Assembly: GCA_051294375.1 (NCBI GenBank)
Contig: JBJCIZ010000064.1
Span: 15,736-28,892 of the forward strand
Source: Paraspadella gotoi
Lineage: Eukaryota > Animalia > Chaetognatha
DNA: 13,157 nt
Reading direction: 5' to 3'
In this document: positions 1 to 9,304 of the stretch, in pieces
How positions within the stretch are numbered: the stretch's first letter is position 1
Layout of the letters: every line of letters begins with the position of its first letter
Position numbers and translations under genes: made by a program
The notes under the pieces: generated by a model
Told to the model about the DNA's origin: nothing
Databases searched by the model: none
The model's input: the letters and a program-made list of their open reading frames with translations, nothing else

Positions 1-479
1 CTTCCCCGCCGGGACCCCGCGGACACCAAGGCTGCCCATTGGAGGAGAGAGCACGACGGCCCGATGGAACTGCAACGCCGCCTCTCTCAAGCTGTCGACC
101 CGGACGGAGGACCTGTTACCTTCCGGCGATGGGGCATCGGACTAAGGGTCAACGAAGCTCTTCCAACGCCTCCGGCAATCTCTCAATCAACGGCGTCACT
201 TGGGGCTATGACGGCCCCCAACGCCTCCTCCACTCCGCCAGGCGCAGCGCAAAACCGCCTCCCCGTGCTCCTCCTGCAAATCTCGCCCCACCTCGGCAAG
301 ATCCGGACTTAACAGGTCCGCAAGTACCGCAGGGGCCTCGGGAATCCGTACATCGCCTTGCGAGTCCCGCAGATGCTTCCGGGCCCTCTACACTCTGCGC
401 CTCCTGCAATTCCGCGAAACGTCCGCCGACGTCGAAACGCCTGCTTTCGTCGTGCGGAGCACGGTTTAGTGGCCTGCAT
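1..479. other. GC/CpG-rich island, possibly the frameshifted 5' end of an unidentified minus-strand ORF
   Basis: Abrupt GC-rich to AT-rich boundary at about 480, coinciding with AAAATG on the minus strand (ATG at 479). No recognisable protein motif in any frame. Confidence 0.3.
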
Positions 480-1824
480 TTTGAAACTTTGTAATTTTTT
501 TTTTTTAAATCAGGAAAAAAGGGAGAAAAAAGATAATGGGACGCCGCTAAAAAAGGCGACGTCCAACATCAAAACCCTTTAAAGGTGAGGCAATGTGCAA
601 ATATTTTTTTTTCCGAAAAAATCTACAAACGTCGCGTTAGCTTCGAAAATGACAGGTCTGCGTTTGACGTACGATAAAAAACGAAAATATGAACAAATTC
701 GGTATAAACGGTTACAACTGTACGCCAAAATCCCAATTTGATCTTACTACAAAAGGTGAAATTCGTACATAAAATATTAATCAAATCAGAACCATTCGAA
801 AATTTAATTTTTACCGTCAAAATCTGAAGAAAAAATTTTGAGTAGGGACTGCACTTACAAAAACCGAAAATAAATAAATAAATTTAACTTTTAATAAAAA
901 CCCTACTTCCAGCCATTGAAATTAATAAAATAAATTCTTAAAATAAAGTACTAACCAAAACAAAACCAGGATCTGAAAGCAAAATATAGTCTTAACAGAA
1001 AATAGAATATATCAAAAAAGATTACAATCTATAAATAAATTTAATCAGAATTTCTGGTTAGGTACACCCCCTATACTATAGGGCTATAGAGGAAATCTCG
1101 GTCGAAGCGAAAACTAAGCCAAATTTGGGACAAACGAATTCTCGTTTTTCGGCCGAGGCCTCTGTAAAATAAAACTTTCGGAAATGCATACATACCGGTC
1201 TTGGCTTTCCTTCATAAGTCCAGGGAAGCATATCTTCTATAATAATGAAGGAATTACTTGATATGCATGTGTGGGATGGAACTCGGTTATGGTCTATTCC
1301 CCATTCTATATTTCAAAAAAAAATTTTGAAGTTTTGTTTGAGCATCATTTTTTAAAAAATTTAATTTGCATACTGTGCTCAAAATACTTGAACGATATAA
1401 TTTTTTTTCTCAGTAAAAATTAATCTAACATTACTTGTGTCTAAGGTAAAGTGTTAGACTGAAAAAAAAAAAATTATTTATTAATTTATGCATAGTTACT
1501 AATTATAATAATTAGCTTATTATTTATTTTTTATTTATTAGTTCAACTTTTTATTATAGAAATTAATAGTTGATTGATAGGCAATTTTATTCCTGTAATC
1601 AATTAAATTATATTTTTATTATTAACTAAATAGTTATTTTTAATATATTACTACAAAAATATGATTTTTTGATAAATAATTTTTTTAAAAAAAAATTTAT
1701 GCCAAACTATTGGTGAAATGTTACTGATTACAAATATATAATTTTTTTAAAATTTGGATAACCCCTTAACGAAATACAGCCCCAAAAAAGCCCTAAAAAT
1801 GGTTAAAAACACCTATTTTTTAAA

Positions 1825-2189
1825 CTCTCTTTCTCTTTTAATTATATGTAGCTCTCTCTCTCTCTCTTTTCCCCAGTCACTGATTCATCGAAAAAAAAAC
1901 GAGTCTGCAGCTGGCTCTGCAGGGGATTTTTTTTTTTGATTTCTTTCTTTTTATTTTCACGTCTCCTTCTCTCTCTCTTTTCTCTTTTAATTATAAGAAG
2001 CTCTATCTCTCTCTTTTCCCCAGGCTGATTCATCGGAAAAACAAACAAGTCTGCAGCTGGCTCTGCAGGGGCTTTTTCTTTTCTCTCTTTTCTCCTGCTG
2101 CTTATGCTGCTGCCTTTTTGATTTCTTTCTTTTTTTCTGGCTGCCTCTGCTGCTGCCGCAGCCTGATTGGTCCGAAAACGATTTGGCTT
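1825..2189 (+). repeat. Dispersed modular repeat, copy A (two internal units with TGATTCATCG...AGTCTGCAGCTGGCTCTGCAGGGG)
   Basis: Internal duplication (about 1825-1975 / 1976-2130). Inverted homolog at 9667-9950. Confidence 0.85.
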
Positions 2190-2261
2190 CTCTCTCTCTC
2201 TCTCGTTTGAGTTTTTATTTAAAATTTTTTGTTTTCGCCACATCGGGTTTTTATTTCGTTC

Positions 2262-2740
2262 TTTCTTCTCGTCACTCTCTCTATTTTATCTTTCTTTCTC
2301 TTCTGCCTTTCCTTCTCTTCTCCTCTCTTCTTTCCTTCTTCTCTATTCCTCTTCCTCTTCTTTCTATTCTCTTTCTTTCCTTTCTTATTCTTCTTTCCTT
2401 TCTATTCTTTCTTTCTCTTTCCTCTCTATTCTTTCTTTATATTTACTTTCTCTTTCTTCTATTCTCATTCAATTTTCTTTTCTCAAATTTGATTTTTTTA
2501 GTTTGCCCCAATCAGATTTTTCTCTCTCTTCAATTGTGACGCTCCTTAGCTTTAGCTTTTTTTAACTTATCTTTCTATTCTGTTCTTTCTTTATTACCTC
2601 TTCCTTTCTTTCCTTCATTCTCTTTCTCTCTCTCTCTTCATTCTCTCTGTGTGTGTCTCTCTCTCCCTTATCCTTCTTTCTCTCTCTCTCTCTCTCCTAT
2701 CTCTTCTCTCTCCCATCCTATCTCCTCTCTCTCTTCGCTC
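2262..2740. repeat. Long polypyrimidine / (TC)n low-complexity tract
   Basis: Almost only T and C on the + strand. It produces the spurious F/L/S-rich ORFs in the track. Confidence 0.9.
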
Positions 2741-2948
2741 TGACATTTTTTTTGTCAGTTGAACTTTGACTCGTGAGACACTGTGCTTTCATTAGGCTTG
2801 ATTTTTTAAATTTTCATTATTTTTGATGGATTGTGATCCCAAAAATATTTCATCATTTCCCCTTTTTAAAGAGGTTTTTTCTAAAAGTAGAATCAGGCAA
2901 CTAAAGAATAAAACAAGTTTGACCAAACAACATCGCGATCTGCCTACG

Positions 2949-3043
2949 ATTATTTGGTCAACCTGCCATAATTTGGTCAACTTGCACAATTTGGTCAACT
3001 GGCATAATTGGTAAACTTGCATAATTTGGTAAACTTATCATAA
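2949..3043. repeat. 18-bp minisatellite (ATAATTTGGTCAACTTGC) x ~5
   Basis: Units start at 2949, 2968, 2986, 3004 and 3021. A partial inverted unit AGTTTGACCAAA lies at 2916-2927. Confidence 0.9.
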
Positions 3044-3129
3044 CATATTTTTTAATAAATCATTAAAACATTTTCAAGGAGTCTATTAACTTAACAAGTA
3101 GCCAATTAATGATTTTGTAGGTGAAGTAT

Positions 3130-3420
3130 TGTGACGACGTTAGAGAAGTAGAAAAGGCGTGAGAGGAGCTCTCTCCTGATCCACTTTTATCATCACCCGG
3201 ACTGACTTTACCTTACGGTCTCTTTGGCCCTATTGCTTTGTCCGGTCAATCTAAGGTAATTGCCAAAGCTAGGGCAAAGTGACCGTGTGGATTGATCGGC
3301 TCGGAGAAAGAGGAGAGAGGAAGGATTTAGTGAGAGAGACCGGTGGTAAGTCGCCTCTATTTTATCTGTGAGAATAAGAGACAGATAGAGAGAGATTTTA
3401 ATAAAATTCAGTAAATGTGA
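3130..3420 (+). mobile_element. Possible truncated solo LTR
   Basis: Starts TGTGACG at a sharp rise in GC content, with AATAAA near 3400. No terminal CA, TSD, PBS or second copy was found. Confidence 0.3.
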
Positions 3421-3426
3421 ATTTTG

Positions 3427-3780
3427 TTTTTTAGTTGCGCCGTGAGTACTCGCGGAGCAGCACTTTTTGGTCGGTCGGCCCATCGGTCGGTAAGTCTATT
3501 TGTCAGTCTGTCCCAATTGGTAGACCCAAAATCTAACTATGGAAGTACATCGAGTTAAATCAAAAAACCTTGCATGATTAGTCACAAAGCAATAAAAAGT
3601 TTTTGTAGATAGGCAAAATTGACTGAAATTAAGCGTAAAGGTTAGTACAAAAAAATGGCTTCTCAAAATATGCTAATTTCCTCAATGCGAATCTTCGCGA
3701 TCTCAAAACTGTTCTTTTGTATGATTTTTTCAATGGAGACACCTGGATTTTTGCTTTTGAATTTTCGAATGTTTTTAACG
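3427..3780 (+). mobile_element. Probable non-autonomous Helentron/HINE (DINE-1/pearl-like) element, left part; right end not found
   Basis: T-run, then hairpin GTTGCGCCGTGAGT|ACTCGCGGAGCAGC (3434-3461), then (GGTC)n/(GTCT)n microsatellite (3469-3513). This order is typical of HINE termini. No database confirmation. Confidence 0.5.
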
Positions 3781-4546
3781 AAAATTAATTTTCTATTAAA
3801 AAACTTTTAAAAATTGTTATTAAAGGCGTTATTTGAAATTAAAGTGAACTGTTTTGTCGAAGTGAACTTTATCGTTTTTTTTGTTAAATATTTAATCCAA
3901 ACTTCGACATGTTTTCTTAATACTGGATAATTCAGCTTTATATTTGTTTGTAAAATAATATTTATGTATTATATTATATAACATTGCAATAAGTTTTGTT
4001 TTATATAATATTTAATAACTCCTCTGCATGTGGCAGATATCTTTTTTATTTTCCAGGTTAACGATTTGGGACGATTTCCAAAGGGAGCGGTTCAAAATCT
4101 TTATCTTCTTTTATCTTTTTTTTACAGGTAAGAAATTTATTGATAATAATATCGCTAAGTCACTTTGATAATTATTTTTAGTAATAATTTTTTGTGAATA
4201 GGTGGCTTAGAGAGAACTTGGGTTGAAGAGAGGGTCATCGCAACAATCCATCCCGAGCTGAAGTATGTTACGAAGGCTCAGACGACGAAGAACTTGGAAA
4301 ATTTTGTATTACAGAGATAGGTGAATTTCCAATTAACATAAACATTCTTCCTTAAAACCTTTAGGTTATTGGTCAATATTTGCTTATTATGCTGGATGAG
4401 CCGAGCCAAACAACAGAGTGCGCATGTCGCATATAATATAAATTAAAAATAGAATTATTTTTCTATAATTTTTTTTAGATTTGCTCTCAAATTTTACTCA
4501 TTATAATAATCACGATTGTGTAGTTTTTTTCAGTTTTGTTGTGTTT

Positions 4547-5370
4547 GAGTTTAGAATAAACAAAGGTTTAATTTTCATTTTTTCGTAATGGCAACTAAAT
4601 TTTTATTTACAATTTTAAAATTATGGACATATTTTCGCTTGAGTCTTCATCAGCGCAAATAAATTTGTCAAATATTTGGAATTTATAGTGAAGAGAGAGA
4701 GAGAGAGAGAGAGAGAGAAGAAAGTTTTCAACAAAGAATTTAGAAAAGACAATGTGACAAATATTATCTCTCGCCCCAGCTATTTTTTTCCCTCTTATTT
4801 TTTTTGACCGTACTTAAGTTGTCCTCACGCATTCGGCCAAATTATTTTCTAGTAAATTCTTCGGTCTTTTGTCGTAATTGAGCGAGACTCATGATCAATC
4901 TTTAGTTCGTTTTATGATTTATAAAAAGTAGCATCGCCGTCCTGAACGGGATTTTTATGGACATAAATATAAATAAAAGTTTCTAAACCTTCATCGCCAC
5001 TTTGCATTCATTCAATTTCCTCATGATTCAGAAAAGATTCATAATAAGCCTACGTTAAACTCGCAAGGGACGGACGACGCCTCAAACGCTTGACGTCGCG
5101 AGCGTGAAATACAAGAAGATATTTCACAGTGAACTTAAGTTGAGGACGGGCGATGCTACTTTTTGAAAGTCAGAAAAACGAATTAAAGATTTATCTTGTG
5201 TCTCGCCAAATTATGATAAAAGATCAACAAATAGCAGAGAGTACAGGTCATAGGATTGAGGGAGAGTTAAAAAGAAATGAAAAGTTTAATTAATAATTTT
5301 GTTGGTTATAATTAGAAATTCGAATTGCCGTTGCCAAAAACAAAAATTAAACCTTCGTTATTCTAATATC
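4547..5370. repeat. Degenerate foldback (nested inverted repeats)
   Basis: Inner arms 4863-4947 / 5139-5225 (about 85 bp, roughly 80% identical by eye). Outer arms 4547-4602 / 5316-5370. Weaker match in between (AGTAC(A)GGTCA...GAGGGA). Confidence 0.8.
4625..4745 (-). mobile_element. Degenerate solo pLTR fragment with a broken hammerhead, related to the PLE at 10565-13157
   Basis: GAGTCTTCATCAGCGC is identical at 4641-4656 and 10681-10696. Both are followed by (GA)n and AAAGTTTYCAACAAAGAATT. Minus strand CTGATGAAGACTCAAGCGAAAATATGTC lacks the 3' arm of stem II. Confidence 0.75.
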
Positions 5371-6849
5371 GCGATTAAAATATTTCTCGGTTAAGACTTT
5401 ATTTCTTTTTTAGGTGTTGTATCTAACATAGCCTTGGACAATCTTAAGCTCCGAACGCAACTACGAACATGAAGCATCAAATTCTTAAGAGCAGCAGTAA
5501 CGTGGTTTATGGTACTGGCAACAGGCGACATCAGAATTGGTCATTGATTCCGTTTTACCCTCTAGCATTCCCAAACCAGTGCCAGGACAATTAGGCAAAA
5601 ATAATGTCGCTTTCTTTCTACCTGAGGAGGATGACGCGATCGAGGTCGATCCGGAGAATATCCTTGCATTCCCTCCCATCATCTCAGAAAGCAGGCTTGT
5701 TTGAATCNNNNNNNNNNTCTCTCTCTCTCATAGTTTAGCATTTTTAAAATTCACATTCACTATGTAAAAATTGCACGGATAGGCTCGTACTAAAGCAGAN
5801 NNNNNNNNNATTGTAAATAAAACTCGTTGTCGAAAATATAGAATAAAAAAAAATTTTATACATTTAAATTCAAAATGGTATGAAAGTTTTATTATTTAAC
5901 CTTTTCAATAGTTTGTTTCAGATGGGTTCAAGGATATTCAAACGAGGGCAACGCAGTCTTCATCCAACATCTTTTGATAATGGCTTCAAAACTTTTCATA
6001 CAATTAAATATTGTAAATTCATCACACATATTTTAGTGATAGAGGTCGCTATGACGTTCAAAAATAAAACGCTTTAAATCCATATTTATTAGGTTGATAC
6101 TAAACTTTGGTCATCTGCTGTAGTATATTGAGCTGTAATGGTGTTCCGGCGACCTTAACCCCTGCAGTCAGCAATAAGATATACATTAATTGTTTTATGT
6201 AGTATGGTCCTATAATAGTAATATTACGATTGAAATGAATAANNNNNNNNNNACTGTTTATTGAATTCTTATTGAAAATAAATTTGCTTTATGTAAAAAA
6301 ATAAATTTGAAATTCACATGTTAAAGATTGATAGTGATAAACATATACGGTAGATACCTCATGTATTCTTAACCAAAAAATATCAAAATGAGTTTTTATT
6401 ATTGTTTATAGTATTTTAATAGAAAAAACTAGTATTATTTAATAATTAAAATATTTTTTTCTTTCATACCGGATTTCATCGTAACTCGTTAATCTCATTT
6501 GCATATTCGAGTAAGCTGGTCCTCCAGGTGTACTAACCTTTTGAGCTTACAGTACTCGTCAGTCGAAGTTCGAATTAGCATTATATGTCAGTGTGATCAT
6601 ATCTGCAAGGTTTTTTGAAAATCCGAGTTTAGCTTCACGGTCTAGAAAGAGATGCTGAGATCGAGGATCGGCTCACGGGTCAAGGAGGAGAGGGTTAAAG
6701 AATGCGCGCTCCTAGTCGAATCCATCAGTGAAATAGGGGGGGGAATCAGTGAGTCAGCAAAGAATTTGTGAAGGATGATAGGCTTAGTAAAGAGAGAAAG
6801 ATGGTACTTTTTAGGAAAGAAGATCGAAATCGATATAGTAAACAATAAA

Positions 6850-7055
6850 AATAGAAATAGTGAATTAAAATATGAAAATCGAAATTGAGAGTTAAAATTG
6901 TGAAGCAAAACAAATTCGAAATAGTGAGTTGAAATAGTGAATCAGTGAGAAGGGAGATAGAAATTCAAATAATGTGCTAGATAGAATAGTGAAGGTATGA
7001 AAATGGAAATAGTGAGACAGAATAGTGAAATAAAAAGAGACGGAATAGTGAGTTA
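6850..7055 (+). repeat. Degenerate (G)AAATAGTGA short-repeat cluster within a purine-rich tract
   Basis: AATAGTGA recurs about 7 times with irregular spacing. Confidence 0.6.
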
Positions 7056-7781
7056 CAGTATTGGAACAATGAAAATACAGATTAAAATTGAAATTATGTG
7101 CGAGGTAGGACTGTGAGGCAATATAAAATTAAATTGAAAAAGTGAGGAAAGAAAAAATAGAATAAAGTCGAAAGTTGAAATAGAAGCCAATTAATGAAAC
7201 TACGAAAATAGATTTGAAACAGAGACAAATAGCAGAGGGCAATGGGACAGTAAGACAATGTAAAAGGAACAATGATGTTTGAAATGCAAATATAGTAAAA
7301 GAAACCGTGTGGGAGATAGTAAGATGGTAGGGCAAAGAAATAAGTGAATTTATTTTGCTAAGGAAAGATGAAATTACGATTTTTCAATGTAACAACAGTA
7401 CAACACTAAATGTCCCAGATTAGCTAAAAAGGAAAAGGGTAGGTTAGTGATCTTACTATTTGGTTTAGTGAAATGGGTGAGGTTCTTTGTTTTTCGTCTT
7501 TTTCTTTGACGTTGAGTTTAACGAGCCTTTTTTTTTTCAAACGTTTTTGCGCGATGAAGAGAAAAATGTTTTTTTCTCGTTTTGTTAGTTTATATCGATG
7601 TTTTTTGTTTTTTTTTGTTTAAATAGGAAAAATAGGAAGAAGTTTTTTGTGAAATATTAGGTAGAGTTTAAAATTTGTTTTTTTTTTGTTTTTTTTGCGT
7701 GAGGAAGATAGGAAAAAATTAGGATGAAAAATTAAGATTAGGAAAGATGGAAGAAAAAAAATTAGGTGGGTTGGGAGGTTT

Positions 7782-7852
7782 GCCGGTTAGCCAGTTAGTT
7801 GGTAGAGCAGGGAAACTTAATCCTGGGGAAGGTTAAACCTTGGGGAGAGGCC
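7782..7852 (+). pseudogene. Degenerate tRNA-Lys(CTT)-like sequence (tRNA pseudogene or SINE head)
   Basis: GCCGGTTAGCCAGTTAGTTGGTAGAGCA-GGGAA-A-CTT-AA-TCCT-GGGG-AA-GGTTAAACC parallels tRNA-Lys GCCCGGCTAGCTCAGTCGGTAGAGCA..CTTAATC..GGG..GGTTCGA. A box is recognisable, B box is damaged, and there is no complete cloverleaf. Confidence 0.4.
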
Positions 7853-8298
7853 TGATTGGGCGTCACTGGGAAGATGGGTATCTTGCTAATGGTAGGTTCT
7901 AACTAGTCTCTCATCAGGGAAAAGAGGTAAGTAGGGTAAGGAATATATTGGTAATAGGTAAATAGCTACAAAAAAGGGAACAAGGGTACATAAAAGGGAG
8001 AGAAGGGAGAGGGAAGGTTTGCAGACCCGAGACCGAGAGAGAGAAGTTGAGAGAGTGTCCGATCTCCAAGACTATCAGTGACTCCGGGGTAAGAGGAGGG
8101 GACGACGAGGGGAGGAGGAGCGTTGAGAGGGGGAAGAGAAGGCCATATCTAAATTTTTAATAACTATGATCGCACACTTTTGTAAAACTTTATCATATTC
8201 ATAATAATTTTTATTTAAAAAAAAACGGTAAGTCCCAGCCAAACTATAAAAGCGTAGTAGTCTTTATATCACTCTTTATACTCTTTATACTCTTTATA

Positions 8299-9100
8299 TG
8301 AGTTTAAATGAGTTTAAATGGAAAAAACAAAAAAAAATATATTCACTATTTGAACACCAATTGCTCATGAGTGGATGGGCTGATTGACTGCGAATTTTGT
8401 ATGTGGGTAGGAAAGTGTGTGATTGAACAGGAAATCAAGTTTCGATGGAATAGTTTGAGTGGAAATGAGTTTAAATGGAAAAAAAACAAAAACCTGTTTT
8501 ACTAATTGATTATGCTTTTTTTTCCTTTTATATTAAATGTAATATGCAGGATGTATTAATAAATCAAATAATTAATCAGTTAATTAATCAATTAGTAAAA
8601 TAATTAATCATAATTAATTAATTAGTCAATCAATCTGTCCATCCGTCCCATTTTAGCAAAAAGCTCCAATAACTCATGATTGGCTGGTTGGATTGAAATT
8701 AAATTTTGTGTGTGGGTAGGAAAGTGTGTGATAAAGCTGGATATAAAGTTTCGATGGAATCGTGTGAGTGGAAATTAGTTTAAATGGAAAAAACATAAGT
8801 CGAATTAACTAAAATCTTTTTACTTATTTTAACCAATAAATACTCTTATTAATCATAATTGGATGGATAGATTGAGTTGAAATTTTGTGTGTGGGTAGGA
8901 AAATGTGTGACGAAGCTTGATATAAAGTTTCAGTGGAACGTACCAGTGGAAATGAGTTTAAATGAAAATAATATGAGTCACATTTACTTGAATCTTTTTA
9001 TTTATTTTAACCCCATGATAGATTGAGATGAAATTTTGTGAGCCGGTAGGAAAGTGAGTGAAGAAGCTAGATATAAAGTTTTGACGGAATGCAAGTGGAA
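8299..9100 (+). repeat. Tandem satellite-like array, four copies of a ~100-bp core with variable spacers
   Basis: AATTTTGTRTGTGGGTAGGAAAGTGTGTGA...AAGTTTCGATGGAA...AGTGGAAA-like core starting at 8393, 8702, 8881 and 9032. Confidence 0.88.
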
Positions 9101-9176
9101 AAAATTATGCAAGTTGAAAAAATGATGCAAGTTAAAAAAATCTTAAAAAGCATAAGGATCGTGCAATTGCATAAAA

Positions 9177-9242
9177 AGAGAGAGAGAGAAAGAGAGTGAG
9201 AGAGAGAGAGAGAAAGAGAGAGAGAGTGAGAGAGAGAGAGAA

Positions 9243-9278
<36 letters not shown>

Positions 9279-9280
9279 AG
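9177..9280. repeat. (GA)n microsatellite (others at about 4693-4718, 10740-10775, 10894-10920)
   Basis: Directly visible. Confidence 0.95.
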
Positions 9281-9304
9281 ACATAAAATAAAATGGAGGA
9301 TATT

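Larger units (their letters stand above)
4057..5704 (+). pseudogene. Possible degraded spliced gene fragment (candidate exons 4057-4127, 4202-4320, 5414-5704), product unknown
   Basis: GC-richer islands bounded by polypyrimidine-AG acceptors (4056, 4201, 5413) and GT donors (4128 GTAAGA, 4321 GTGAAT). Frames require several indels. Confidence 0.3.

Noticed and set aside
1754-2565. ORFs rich in F/L/S or R/E/K (also 9067-9335, 10616-10930, 6642-6908)
   Set aside because: Translation artefacts of (TC)n/(GA)n and other low-complexity tracts.
3204-3352. Telomerase RNA pseudoknot core
   Set aside because: No template complementary to TTAGG or TTAGGG upstream of the pseudoknot.
6664-6700. GATCGGCTC..GAGGAGAG similarity to 3294-3318 as a second LTR
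   Set aside because: Only a 9-mer plus purine-rich context, with no extended alignment.
7890-7920. CTGATGA on the minus strand (also about 10497-10503 and 11457-11463) as extra hammerheads
   Set aside because: No stem II followed by GAAA and no NUH cleavage site in the right place.
8299-9100. Repeat-spacer pattern resembling a CRISPR array
   Set aside because: Repeats are about 100 bp and degenerate, spacers are irregular and partly homologous, the context is eukaryotic, and there are no cas genes.
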